NCBI GenBank assembly: GCA_964492065.1
Contig: CAZBHH010000001.1
Coordinates: 225,845-289,844, forward strand
Source of the DNA: an uncultured Chitinophagales bacterium
GTDB lineage: Bacteria > Bacteroidota > Bacteroidia > Chitinophagales > BACL12
Direction: 5' to 3'
Length of the DNA stretch: 64,000 nt
A model generated the notes under the pieces. That model had not been told where the DNA came from, searched no databases, and saw only the letters and a list, made by a program, of their open reading frames with translations. This document shows, piece by piece, positions 8,263-18,112 of this stretch (position 1 is the stretch's first letter; each line of letters opens with the position of its first letter). A program made the translations under genes and the position numbers.

Positions 8263-8964
8263 ATGAAGTCCAAAAGTATTGTATCCTTCATAGCAATATT
8301 TGCAGCAAGTTCGGGTGCACATAGATTTTACCTTGGCCAAAATCGAATGGGCTGGTATTTTCTCTTGTTACATTTCGTTCTTTTTCCGGGAGCAATTTGG
8401 TACAATAAAGAATTTCATATCACAAATCACTACATGTTGATCACCATATGGATTGCATGGTTATGTGTAGTCCATATCGTCGAAACAATTCGATTTGCAA
8501 CGATGCGGGCAGAAAAATTTGAAGCTCAAAATAAAGCGACCGGAGCCACATTGCCGCTTGCGGTCACATCCGTCATATTTGCTGTTGCAGCCGTGTACGG
8601 GTTTGTGTATTTGCTGAAAGTTGCCGGAAATGTCGATATTGAAACCGCAGTTGCAACGCATTCCATCAGTTCGATTGCATTGTCCGCTGCCTACAATGCG
8701 GACGAGAAGTCCTATATGGCCACTTACGACGGCAAAGTGCTGGAAGTATCCGGGCGGGTATTATCTTTTGGCGAAGATTTCGAAAAGGGTTCTTACCTCG
8801 CTTTGCAACCCGCAGCTGGCAGCCCTGCGGACGTCAATTGTTACCTGAATGCAGAATATATGAACGACCTGGGGAAAATTGCAGCCGGTGACAGCATTGT
8901 AATTAAGGGCGTCTGCAACAGGCGGTTTCTCGACAATTGCAAAATAATGGATATAATCAAGTGA
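8263..8964 (+). CDS. TM2-domain membrane protein with a C-terminal OB-fold (tRNA_anti-like) domain
   Basis: TM2 signature SGAHRFYLGQNRMGWYFLL, then further TMs. The C-terminus, YDGKVLEVSGRVLS..VNCYL..GDSIVIKGVC, is typical of tRNA_anti-like OB folds. ATG at 8263 lies 20 nt after a TATTTTTG box. Confidence 0.65.
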   Translation: MKSKSIVSFIAIFAASSGAHRFYLGQNRMGWYFLLLHFVLFPGAIWYNKEFHITNHYMLITIWIAWLCVVHIVETIRFATMRAEKFEAQNKATGATLPLAVTSVIFAVAAVYGFVYLLKVAGNVDIETAVATHSISSIALSAAYNADEKSYMATYDGKVLEVSGRVLSFGEDFEKGSYLALQPAAGSPADVNCYLNAEYMNDLGKIAAGDSIVIKGVCNRRFLDNCKIMDIIK

Positions 8965-9005
8965 CACTCGTGTAATAAAAACCCGAACCGACAAGAAAGA
9001 ACAAC

Positions 9006-9635
9006 ATGGAATTATCGTCCAAACTCATGCAGGAAGCTGTTGATGCATTTTGTAAGATGCCCGGCATCGGTAAAAAAACCGCTTTGCGTTTAGTACTATT
9101 TCTGATGCAACAGGATGAGCAGGAAGTAAAAAAAATTACCGATGCCATTACGGCGCTCAAGGAAGGCATCCGCTATTGCGAGCGGTGCCACAATATTGCC
9201 GACAATGCCTTGTGTGCCATTTGCGGCAATCCTTCACGGGACCATACTTCGATCTGCGTAGTGGAAAATTTGCGTGATTTAATTGCCATCGAAAGCACAC
9301 ATCAATACAAGGGTGAATACCATGTGTTGGGAGGTGTCATCTCGCCGGTAGAAGGAATTGGCCCTGAAGTATTACACATTGACTCTTTAGTAGAAAAATC
9401 GGCAAAGGGAGATGTCCGCGAAATCATAATGGCATTAAATCCGACGATTGAAGGCGACACGACGATTTATTATCTTTCAAAAAAGATCCGGGAAGTCAAC
9501 ACCGCAATGCGCATTACCACAATGGCCAGGGGAATTGCCTTTGGCGGGGAACTGGAATATACCGACGAGGTGACCATTGCACGCTCTCTTGCAACACGCA
9601 TTCCCTACGATAGTTATCTGAGTAAAAACGACTGA
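9006..9635 (+). CDS. recR: Recombination protein RecR
   Basis: 209 aa with a helix-hairpin-helix (MPGIGKKTALRL), a C4 zinc finger (CERCHN..CAIC) and a Toprim domain. Confidence 0.95.
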   Translation: MELSSKLMQEAVDAFCKMPGIGKKTALRLVLFLMQQDEQEVKKITDAITALKEGIRYCERCHNIADNALCAICGNPSRDHTSICVVENLRDLIAIESTHQYKGEYHVLGGVISPVEGIGPEVLHIDSLVEKSAKGDVREIIMALNPTIEGDTTIYYLSKKIREVNTAMRITTMARGIAFGGELEYTDEVTIARSLATRIPYDSYLSKND

Positions 9636-11599
9636 TGGATTTAAGCGTAATAATTGTCAATTACAATGTAAAATACTTCCTGGAACAGGCAATTGCATCC
9701 GCATTGCGTGCCGCAAAATCCATTGAAGCGGAAATTATTGTAGTGGACAACAATTCCACGGACGGCAGCGCAGCATTTATCAAACAGAAATTCCCCGGAA
9801 TAACCTTTATTGCCAATGCGGACAATGTAGGTTTTTCCACTGCAAACAACCAGGGAATTCGCATTGCCACAGGTCGCTATGTATTGTTGCTGAATCCCGA
9901 TACAGTTGTTCCGGAAGACACGTTCGAAAAATGCATCCGCTTCATGGATCAATATCCGGACGCCGGTGCGTTGGGAGTAAAAATGATAGATGGCACCGGG
10001 AGCTATCTGCCCGAATCAAAACGGGGTTTCCCCAACCCGGAAGTGGCGTTCTACAAAGCATTCGGCCTGGCAGCGCTATTTCCAAAATCAAAAATATTTG
10101 GCAAATACCACCTGGGATATCTCGACAAAGACACCACCGCATCTGTGGATGTTTTAGCCGGCGCTTTTATGTGCATCCGCAAGGAAACCCTTGAAAAAAC
10201 CGGACTGCTGGACGAGGCGTTTTTTATGTATGGCGAAGACATTGACCTTTCCTATAGAATCGTAAAAGCCGGTTATAAAAATTACTACTTTGCGGAAGCC
10301 CCCATTATTCATTACAAAGGGGAGAGCACAAAAAAAGGCAGCCTGAATTACGTGCGCATGTTTTATAATGCGATGAAAATATTTGCCCGTAAACATTTCT
10401 CGGGCAGCAATGCGGGCGCCTTTATTTTTCTCATAAATATTGCAATATATTTTCGTGCAGCCATCGCATTACTAGTGCGGTTTTCGCGGAGAATAGCGCC
10501 GCAATTACTCGATGCTGTTCTCATCTTTGCCGGCATGTGGCTGATAAAGGAATACTGGGAATACTATGTGCGCTACATCGATGGAGGCACCTATCCCGGT
10601 GCGTATATGCGCATCAATATCCCGGTGTATATTGCATGCTGGCTGATCGCTCTTTACTTCAGCGGCGCCTACGACAAATCTACCAATACCTTAAAAATTA
10701 TCAGGGGCATGTTCTGGGGTACGGTTATCATCTCGGCAGTTTACGGATTCTTCCCCGAACAGCTCCGGTTTTCGAGGGGAATGATTATCGCCGGCGCCGC
10801 ATGGTCCACCTTTGTATTGATAGGCGTGCGATTTTTATTGCACTTCATCAGGTACAAAAATCTGCGCTTTGGCGAAGATGCCGAAAAAAACATCATCGTA
10901 TTCGGCGATGCAGATGAAGCATACCGGGTAGTGCAGTTATTGCATAACATGCATTTGAAAAAAAATATCCGGGGAATTATTACCCGTCAGAAAAGCGATG
11001 GTGAACTCATCCTCGGCCACGCATCCCAATTGCGGCAACTCGTCTCTGTGTTTCATTGCAATGAGCTGATTTTTTGCTCCAGGGATATTACCTATAAAGA
11101 AATTGTTCAATACATGATCGATTTTGGAAATGCGTTAAACTTTAAAATCATCGGTGCGGGAAGCGGTAGTTTTGTAGGCAGCAATTCGAAAAATACCGCC
11201 GGAGAACTCTACAGCCTCGAGAATGAATTTTCGATAGCGCTGCCGGAAAATATCCGCAGCAAGCGACTGCTCGATATCGCATTTTCACTGCTGCTACTGA
11301 TTACATTTCCGCTGCAATGCATCGCCGTAAAAAACAGATTGGGATTATTTAATAACTGTTTTAGGGTACTTTTCAATAAAAAAACATGGGTGGGATACAC
11401 CGAACGGGATCCGCAATTAAATACATTACCTGCTATAAAAACAGCAGTGCTCCCGATTGCCGGCAACTTACCGGAAGAAGAAATAGATGCAAGGACAATC
11501 CACCGCATAAACGAGATGTACGCCGTCAATTATAAACCGGGTTCGGATATCGGGATAATTCTGCGCTCCTATAAAATGTTGGGCAATGCGCCGCATTGA
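9635..11599 (+). CDS. Family-2 glycosyltransferase fused to a membrane region and a degenerate polyprenyl-phosphate glycosyl-phosphotransferase-like C-terminus
   Basis: 654 aa. The N-terminal GT-A fold has LSVIIVNYN, VDNNSTDGS, LLNPDT and MYGEDIDL. About 5 TMs follow, then a Rossmann-like linker (NIIVFGDADEAY). The sequence KRLLDIAFSLLLLITFP resembles a PGT re-entrant helix, but the catalytic core seems absent. Confidence 0.7.
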   Translation: MDLSVIIVNYNVKYFLEQAIASALRAAKSIEAEIIVVDNNSTDGSAAFIKQKFPGITFIANADNVGFSTANNQGIRIATGRYVLLLNPDTVVPEDTFEKCIRFMDQYPDAGALGVKMIDGTGSYLPESKRGFPNPEVAFYKAFGLAALFPKSKIFGKYHLGYLDKDTTASVDVLAGAFMCIRKETLEKTGLLDEAFFMYGEDIDLSYRIVKAGYKNYYFAEAPIIHYKGESTKKGSLNYVRMFYNAMKIFARKHFSGSNAGAFIFLINIAIYFRAAIALLVRFSRRIAPQLLDAVLIFAGMWLIKEYWEYYVRYIDGGTYPGAYMRINIPVYIACWLIALYFSGAYDKSTNTLKIIRGMFWGTVIISAVYGFFPEQLRFSRGMIIAGAAWSTFVLIGVRFLLHFIRYKNLRFGEDAEKNIIVFGDADEAYRVVQLLHNMHLKKNIRGIITRQKSDGELILGHASQLRQLVSVFHCNELIFCSRDITYKEIVQYMIDFGNALNFKIIGAGSGSFVGSNSKNTAGELYSLENEFSIALPENIRSKRLLDIAFSLLLLITFPLQCIAVKNRLGLFNNCFRVLFNKKTWVGYTERDPQLNTLPAIKTAVLPIAGNLPEEEIDARTIHRINEMYAVNYKPGSDIGIILRSYKMLGNAPH

Positions 11600-11642
11600 G
11601 TGATGCGGATCAGAAAATTCGCATGAAATACGCTTAACCTTC

Positions 11643-11650
11643 TATTTTTG
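11643..11650 (+). promoter_or_regulatory. Bacteroidota -7 promoter box TATTTTTG (aspS)
   Basis: Exact TAnnTTTG, 16 nt upstream of ATG 11667. Confidence 0.4.
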
Positions 11651-11666
11651 CATTTCAATTACGTGC

Positions 11667-13448
11667 ATGCAAAGCAATACATTTTACAGGACACATACGT
11701 GTGGAGAATTGAGGTTGGGCAATATCGGATCAGAGGTAACACTTGCCGGCTGGGTTCACCGCGGACGTGATTTAGGCGGGCTGACATTTATCGATTTGCG
11801 GGACCGCTACGGCATCACTCAATTGGTATTCAATATGGATACAGACGCCGGGCTGTGTGCCATCGCCAGGAAACTGGGCCGTGAATTCGTGATTCAAATA
11901 TCCGGTACGGTTGCCGAGCGCAGCAATAAAAATAAAAATATCCTCACCGGCGACATCGAGATTCTGGTCAGTACCCTGCGGGTATTAAATGCAAGTGAAC
12001 TACCGCCATTTACGATGGAAGATGCCACCGACGGCGGCGAAGAACTGCGCATGCAGTACCGCTACCTGGACTTGCGGCGGCCACTGATGCAGCGCAGGCT
12101 CCTATTGCGGGCAAAAATGATACAGGCCGTGCGGGAATATCTCGACAAATGCGATTTTATAGAAATAGAAACGCCAAATCTCATTAAATCCACTCCCGAA
12201 GGCGCCCGGGACTTTATCGTGCCGAGCCGTCTGCAGCCGGGTTTGTTTTACGCATTGCCGCAATCGCCGCAAATCATAAAACAACTGCTGATGGTTGCCG
12301 GTATGGACAGATACTACCAGATTGCGAGGTGCTTTCGCGATGAAGACCTGCGTGGCGACAGGCAGCCGGAATTTTCACAAATCGATTGTGAAATGAGTTT
12401 TGTTACCCAGGAAGATATCTGGCAGATGTTTGAAGGCATGACCAAATACGTCTTCCAAAAGACGGTTAACGTTTCCTTGCCTGACTTTTTACGCCTGCCC
12501 TACCGCGATGCTATTAACCTGTACGGCACCGACAAACCCGACCTGAGGTTCGATTGTAAGATAGTTGAGTTAAACACTGTTGCCGGAAATTCTGAATTTG
12601 CAGTGTTTAATAAAGTTCTGGAAAACAACGGCCTGGTTGCGGGCATCAATGCTAAGGGATGCAGCGAATACTCACGCAGGCAAATCGACGAGCTCACCGA
12701 ATTTGTGAAAGCGCCCCACCGGGGCGCCGGCGGATTAATTTATATCCGGTTTGGAAATGACGGCAGCATTAAATCCTCCATTGATAAGTTTTTTACCACA
12801 GAACAATTAAAGGATATCGGCAAGGCATGCAATGCCGACAACGGCGATTTGATTTTAATTGTCGCCGATAAAAGAAGCACCGCATTAAAAGTACTCGGCG
12901 AGTTGCGGTTAGAGATGGCAAGGCGTGAAAACTGGATCGATAAAGATAAGTGGAGTGTGTTTTGGGTGGTAGATATGCCGCTATTTGAACCGGATGAAAA
13001 CACCGGCGAGCCCATATTTGCACATCACCCGTTTTGCGCTATGCACCCCGACGATATTCAATACCTGGACAGCGATCCGCTGCGTGTCAGGGCCCAATCG
13101 TACGACCTGGTTATGAACGGCAATGAAATATTGAGCGGCAGCATCCGCATCCACGATAAGGCATTGCAGGAGAAAGTATTCCGGATATTGGGATTCACTG
13201 AAGAAGAAAAGGAAAAGCGCTTTGGATTTATGGTGAACGCCTTTAAATACGGTGCACCGCCACACGGCGGCTGTGCCTTTGGTTTAGACCGCTGGGCTAT
13301 GCTGTTGGCAGGAGGAGAAACAATCCGGGATGTGATACCCTTTCCAAAAAACAATGCCGGCAGAGATCTGATGATGGACGCACCCGGCAAAGTGGATGAT
13401 GCCCAACTCGATATGGTGGGTATCCGCCTGAACGCAGAGGAAAAATAA
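11667..13448 (+). CDS. aspS: Aspartate--tRNA ligase
   Basis: 593 aa with an OB anticodon-binding N-terminus and class II motifs (FRDEDLRGDRQPEF, GSIRIH, GLDRW). Confidence 0.95.
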   Translation: MQSNTFYRTHTCGELRLGNIGSEVTLAGWVHRGRDLGGLTFIDLRDRYGITQLVFNMDTDAGLCAIARKLGREFVIQISGTVAERSNKNKNILTGDIEILVSTLRVLNASELPPFTMEDATDGGEELRMQYRYLDLRRPLMQRRLLLRAKMIQAVREYLDKCDFIEIETPNLIKSTPEGARDFIVPSRLQPGLFYALPQSPQIIKQLLMVAGMDRYYQIARCFRDEDLRGDRQPEFSQIDCEMSFVTQEDIWQMFEGMTKYVFQKTVNVSLPDFLRLPYRDAINLYGTDKPDLRFDCKIVELNTVAGNSEFAVFNKVLENNGLVAGINAKGCSEYSRRQIDELTEFVKAPHRGAGGLIYIRFGNDGSIKSSIDKFFTTEQLKDIGKACNADNGDLILIVADKRSTALKVLGELRLEMARRENWIDKDKWSVFWVVDMPLFEPDENTGEPIFAHHPFCAMHPDDIQYLDSDPLRVRAQSYDLVMNGNEILSGSIRIHDKALQEKVFRILGFTEEEKEKRFGFMVNAFKYGAPPHGGCAFGLDRWAMLLAGGETIRDVIPFPKNNAGRDLMMDAPGKVDDAQLDMVGIRLNAEEK

Positions 13449-13585
13449 ATGAGCGTTATCCGCCCGAATTACATCTATTCTTTTGGGCAACGCATTATCA
13501 CATTCGTGTAAAAGGCAGCGGCTTTTCTATTTCTTGTTTTTAAAATCAGTAATTTTAATTATTCCTTCAACCGGGATAACGTTGA

Positions 13586-16500
13586 ATGCGCATACTGAGA
13601 TTATATTATTTTTTCCTGCTGCTTTTTTTGCATACCGGCTTTTGTACGTTGGCCGATTCGAACACCGATGCGCCCCGCATCCGCTTTACCGAGAACAAAA
13701 ATCAATGGCCGGCGCACATACGCTTCCGTGCCGAAGTGCCGATGGGATATATGTACCTCGAAAAAAACACATTTACTTTCGACCTCGCCAATCCGGATGA
13801 TATGGCCAATGTGTATTACATTAAAGATAACGGCATTCGAATCGACCCGAAGGATCTCATCATTACCAAACATGCGTATAAAATCAATTTCCTGAACGCA
13901 AACGATCCGACTATACTCCGGGAAGGAATATCCACCGATTATTCAAATTACTTCATCGGCAGCGATAAGTCGAAGTGGGCATCCAAAGTATTTGCCTACA
14001 ACAAGATAACTTATAGGGAAATGTTCGACGGAATTGACGTGGTCGTTTATCCTTCCGGGTATTATATTAAATATGACTTTATTGTCGCCGCAGGCGCCGA
14101 TGTCAATCAAATTCAATTGCAATACACAGGGGTAAACGGTCTGCGCACTGAAGAAGGCAATCTCATTTACGATTTGAGTTTCGCTCGACAGACTGAAACC
14201 AAACCCGTAGCATGGCAAATCATCGATAATGAAAAAATATTTGTCAACTGCAATTATCAAATCGCCGGAAATATAGTTTCCTTTCATTTTCCCGAAGGTT
14301 ACAACAGCGCCTACCCGCTCACCATTGATCCGGAATTAATTTTCGGCTCGTACTCGGGCTCCACCACCGATAATTGGGGCTATACAGCCACTTACGATGC
14401 CGAGGGGAATTTATACGGTGGCGGAATAGCGCTCGGCAGCGGGTATCCGACCACCGTCGGCGCTTACGATTTAACATTTGACGGCGGCCCTCCGGGATAC
14501 GGTTGCGATGCCGGAATCACCAAGTTCTCTTCCGATGGCAGCGCATTGTTGTGGAGTACCTACCTCGGTGGCAGCGGCAATGATTTGCCCCACAGCCTCA
14601 TCGTAAACAATGCAGGTGAATTATTGATTTACGGGACAACCGGGTCTTCGGATTTTGCAGTGACAGACGGGGCTTATGATGTGTCTTTTAACAGCGGATC
14701 TGACATTACGGTAACCTATGTACTGGATTTTACGGGTGTAGATATTTTTATTGCGAAACTGAGCGCCGATGGTACCGCATTGAATGCATCCACCCTGCTG
14801 GGCGGCAGCGGCAATGACGGATTTAATGTAGCCACTTCCACACATTACAACTACGGCGATCACGCCCGCGGCGAAATTATTGTAGATGCCGATGACAATG
14901 TATATGTCGCCTCTTCCACCGATTCGGAAGATTTCCCGGTTACGGCAGGTGCATATGCCACCGATTACGGCGGCCTGCAGGATGCCATCGTGCTTAAAAT
15001 GAACAGCGACCTTTCGTCCCTGCTGTGGGCAACCTATCTGGGCGGTTCGGCTGCCGACGGCGCTTATTCTTTGAAGCTGCTGTCCGATGGGAATACGGTT
15101 GTTACCGGCGGTACGGCAAGCAGTAATTTCCCGGTTACCGATGGCGTTTGGCATGCTGATTTCAGCGGCATTGTGGACGGATTCGTCGCCATATTAAATA
15201 ATGCGGGGACTTCGCTAATCGCTGCCACTTTTGCCGGGACAAACCAATACGATCAGAGTTATTTTGTCGAAACGGATATTGAAGATCATGTGTATATCAC
15301 TGGGCAGACAAGGGGTGCATGGGAAGTGAGCGACGGCGTTTACTTCGACACCAACGGTTCGCAGTTTATCACCAAACTTTCCGGCGATCTCAGTACGGTA
15401 ATTTTTTCGACGAGATTCGGTTCGGGATCTGCCGCAGTAAATATTTCACCTTCTGCTTTCCTGGTCGATGTATGTGAAAATATTTATGTTTCCGGCTGGG
15501 GCGGCGCCGAGAACAATAGTTTTAATATAGCTACCGGCAATACTTTGGGTATGCCAACAACTGCAGATGCTCTGGATGCCTCTACCGACGGCAATGATTT
15601 TTACTTCATCGTACTGGAAAAAAATGCGCTGAATATATTGTATGCCTCTTTCTTCGGCGGGCCTTCCAGCCATGAACATGTGGACGGCGGCACGAGCAGG
15701 TTCGACAAATCCGGTACTATTTACCAGGCTGTGTGCGCAGGTTGTGGCGGCTTTGACGATTTTCCCACCACAGTTGGCGCATGGAGCAATTTTAACGGCA
15801 GCTCAAATTGCAATCTCGGTGTAGGGAAAATTGAATTTAATTACGCCGGCGTATATGCGGAATCCGATGCCGAACCCGACATCGTCGGATGTGCGCCCTT
15901 TACCATTCATTTTGAAAATCTGAGTTCGGATGCCGATCAGTACATCTGGAATTTTGGCGATGGCAGCCCCGAATCAACGGCATTTGAACCTACCTATACT
16001 TACGGGGATGCGGGCACCTATTCCGTTTCCCTCGTTGTGATTGATAGCCAGACCTGCAACATCGCCGATACGGCGTATTTATCGGTAATCGTCTATCAGG
16101 ATAGTATTCACGCAGGATTCGATGTGGCGCAGGATTTCAGTTGCGACAGTCTGATTGCGGGATTTACTAATACCAGCGACTATTTCGACGGCACTACCTT
16201 TCAGTGGGATTTTGGCGACGGCAGTACATCTACCGAGTTTGAGACGTCGCATGTTTACACAACGCCGGGCACCTATGTGGTGCAGTTGCTCATAACCAAT
16301 CCTGAAAGTTGCAACTACCAGGATACTGCCGTGTTTATAATTCATTATTCATTGGAAGCGAATGAAGGTTTTGAAATCGACGCTACGGGATGCCTTCCGT
16401 TAGAGGCGGTTTTTACGAGTAATTTCACCAGCGCCGACTCTTATTACTGGGATTTTGGAAATGGTGAAACCGCCACCGGGCCTACCGTTATTTATTCTTT

Positions 16501-17104
16501 CGACTCCGTCGGTGTGTACAATGTAACGCTCACGGTTATCTGGTGTGGCATTGCCGACATTGAAACAATTCCCTTAGTAGTGGAGGGTTTTCCCGTTGCA
16601 TATTTTTCCAGCGAGCCTGCCATCGGGCTGTTGGGCGCCGAATATACATTTATTAATCAGAGTACCGGCGCAACCGAATACGACTGGTATTTCGGCGATG
16701 GCGGCTATTCCTCCGATGTAAACCCGGTGTATCGTTTTGAATCAACGGGAAGTATTGAAGTGTGTCTGAAGGCCACCAATGCCAGTGGTTGTGAAGATTA
16801 TTACTGCCGGCAGATACAGATAGAAACCACGGGAGTAGCCGACCTGCCCACCGCATTTACGCCAAACGGCGATGGCAGTAATGACGTGCTGTTTGTCCGC
16901 GGATTCGGCATCAAAGAAATGGTACTGAAAATATTCAACCGCTGGGGCGAGCTGGTCTTTGAAACGACGGATCAGGATTACGGATGGGATGGCAGCTTCC
17001 GCGGTAAACCGCAGGAGAATGAAGTGTATGTGTATCTGTTACAGGTTGAATTTGACGACGGCAAAACCCTGGAGAAAAAGGGCAATATAACCCTGTTGCG
17101 ATGA
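13586..17104 (+). CDS. Large secreted beta-propeller/PKD-repeat protein with a T9SS type-B (gliding-motility CHU_C) C-terminal sorting domain
   Basis: 1172 aa with a signal peptide and SBBP-like repeats (YLGGSGND, DFPVT). It has four PKD units (WNFGDGS.., WDFGDGS.., WDFGNGE.., WYFGDGG..). The C-terminus is FTPNGDGSNDVLFVRG...VYVYLLQV. Confidence 0.85.
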   Translation: MRILRLYYFFLLLFLHTGFCTLADSNTDAPRIRFTENKNQWPAHIRFRAEVPMGYMYLEKNTFTFDLANPDDMANVYYIKDNGIRIDPKDLIITKHAYKINFLNANDPTILREGISTDYSNYFIGSDKSKWASKVFAYNKITYREMFDGIDVVVYPSGYYIKYDFIVAAGADVNQIQLQYTGVNGLRTEEGNLIYDLSFARQTETKPVAWQIIDNEKIFVNCNYQIAGNIVSFHFPEGYNSAYPLTIDPELIFGSYSGSTTDNWGYTATYDAEGNLYGGGIALGSGYPTTVGAYDLTFDGGPPGYGCDAGITKFSSDGSALLWSTYLGGSGNDLPHSLIVNNAGELLIYGTTGSSDFAVTDGAYDVSFNSGSDITVTYVLDFTGVDIFIAKLSADGTALNASTLLGGSGNDGFNVATSTHYNYGDHARGEIIVDADDNVYVASSTDSEDFPVTAGAYATDYGGLQDAIVLKMNSDLSSLLWATYLGGSAADGAYSLKLLSDGNTVVTGGTASSNFPVTDGVWHADFSGIVDGFVAILNNAGTSLIAATFAGTNQYDQSYFVETDIEDHVYITGQTRGAWEVSDGVYFDTNGSQFITKLSGDLSTVIFSTRFGSGSAAVNISPSAFLVDVCENIYVSGWGGAENNSFNIATGNTLGMPTTADALDASTDGNDFYFIVLEKNALNILYASFFGGPSSHEHVDGGTSRFDKSGTIYQAVCAGCGGFDDFPTTVGAWSNFNGSSNCNLGVGKIEFNYAGVYAESDAEPDIVGCAPFTIHFENLSSDADQYIWNFGDGSPESTAFEPTYTYGDAGTYSVSLVVIDSQTCNIADTAYLSVIVYQDSIHAGFDVAQDFSCDSLIAGFTNTSDYFDGTTFQWDFGDGSTSTEFETSHVYTTPGTYVVQLLITNPESCNYQDTAVFIIHYSLEANEGFEIDATGCLPLEAVFTSNFTSADSYYWDFGNGETATGPTVIYSFDSVGVYNVTLTVIWCGIADIETIPLVVEGFPVAYFSSEPAIGLLGAEYTFINQSTGATEYDWYFGDGGYSSDVNPVYRFESTGSIEVCLKATNASGCEDYYCRQIQIETTGVADLPTAFTPNGDGSNDVLFVRGFGIKEMVLKIFNRWGELVFETTDQDYGWDGSFRGKPQENEVYVYLLQVEFDDGKTLEKKGNITLLR

Positions 17105-18111
17105 GAAACATTTTCTGCATATGGTCTGTATTGTGTCTGCTGCCTTTCGGCAGTTATGGCCAGGATTTGCATTTCTCTCAATTCTTTGCTGCGCCCTTAA
17201 CCGTGAATCCCGCAAATACGGGAAGTTTTACGGGTGCATGGCGCATAGGATTAAATTACCGCGATCAATGGGGCAGCGTCACCATTCCATATCGCACCTA
17301 TGATATCTATTCTGATGGTATCGTTCAGCCGAAAGGTGCAAAAAATAAACTGGGCTTAGGTTTTTATATGGCCAATGACGTGGCGGGCGACGGGGAACTT
17401 ACCACCACGAAAGCGATGGGTTCTGCGGCCTATCAACTATCGCTCAGCGAAGATAATTCCTATTACCTGTCCATCGGCATGAGCGGAGGGATTGTTCAAA
17501 AGCGCATCGACCTGACTAAATTACTCTTTGACAGCCAATGGAACGGCTATTCATTCGACAGCAATTTATCAAACGGAGAAGACGGCGTTACCGATAATAT
17601 TTCCTATTTGGATTTTTGTATTGGCGGCGTGTTGAGCGCCTCACCCTTTTACGGCGAAAGGTACTATGCGGGGATAGCCTTGCATCATATAAATAAACCT
17701 GAGGAGTCATTCATGGGTGAGAACAATGCGATCGGCGTACGCACAACTGCAACGGCTGGCGCTTATTTCCCGGTTCACCGCCAAATAAAGGTAAACCCCC
17801 AGATATTTTTCAGCACTCAAAAAAATGCAAGAGAAATAATTATTGGCGGTAATATATCCTTACCGCTGCAAACCGGCGGTATAGAAATTGACAATAGGTT
17901 TTTTGCCGGTATGTGGTATCGCTATATGGATGCCGCATGGTGTGTATTGGGATTGACCATTTCGAATCTGACATTTTCTGCCAGCTATGATTTTAACTTG
18001 TCGGAATTAACGACTGCTTCCCGCACATTTGGCGGACTGGAACTCGCATTGGTGTACACACTTTCAAAAGGCAACAAACGGGATCCGCTGAATTGCCCGG
18101 CGTATGAGTAA
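17101..18111 (+). CDS. PorP/SprF-family T9SS outer-membrane protein
   Basis: 336 aa with a signal peptide followed by QDLHFSQFFAAPLTVNPANTG, the hallmark PorP/SprF N-terminus. It is ATGA-coupled to the type-B cargo gene. Confidence 0.9.
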   Translation: MRNIFCIWSVLCLLPFGSYGQDLHFSQFFAAPLTVNPANTGSFTGAWRIGLNYRDQWGSVTIPYRTYDIYSDGIVQPKGAKNKLGLGFYMANDVAGDGELTTTKAMGSAAYQLSLSEDNSYYLSIGMSGGIVQKRIDLTKLLFDSQWNGYSFDSNLSNGEDGVTDNISYLDFCIGGVLSASPFYGERYYAGIALHHINKPEESFMGENNAIGVRTTATAGAYFPVHRQIKVNPQIFFSTQKNAREIIIGGNISLPLQTGGIEIDNRFFAGMWYRYMDAAWCVLGLTISNLTFSASYDFNLSELTTASRTFGGLELALVYTLSKGNKRDPLNCPAYE

Positions 18112-18112
18112 A

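Noticed and set aside
13483-13800. A 105-aa ORF overlapping the start of the large T9SS cargo gene in another frame.
   Set aside because: The cargo gene begins with a convincing signal peptide at 13586, and the alternative frame has no features.
15840-16800. Periodic repeats that could be mistaken for a DNA repeat array.
   Set aside because: They are four PKD-domain units within one ORF, and the similarity is at the protein level (W.FGDG...Y...G.Y.V.L). They are not identical DNA repeats with spacers, so this is not CRISPR-like.
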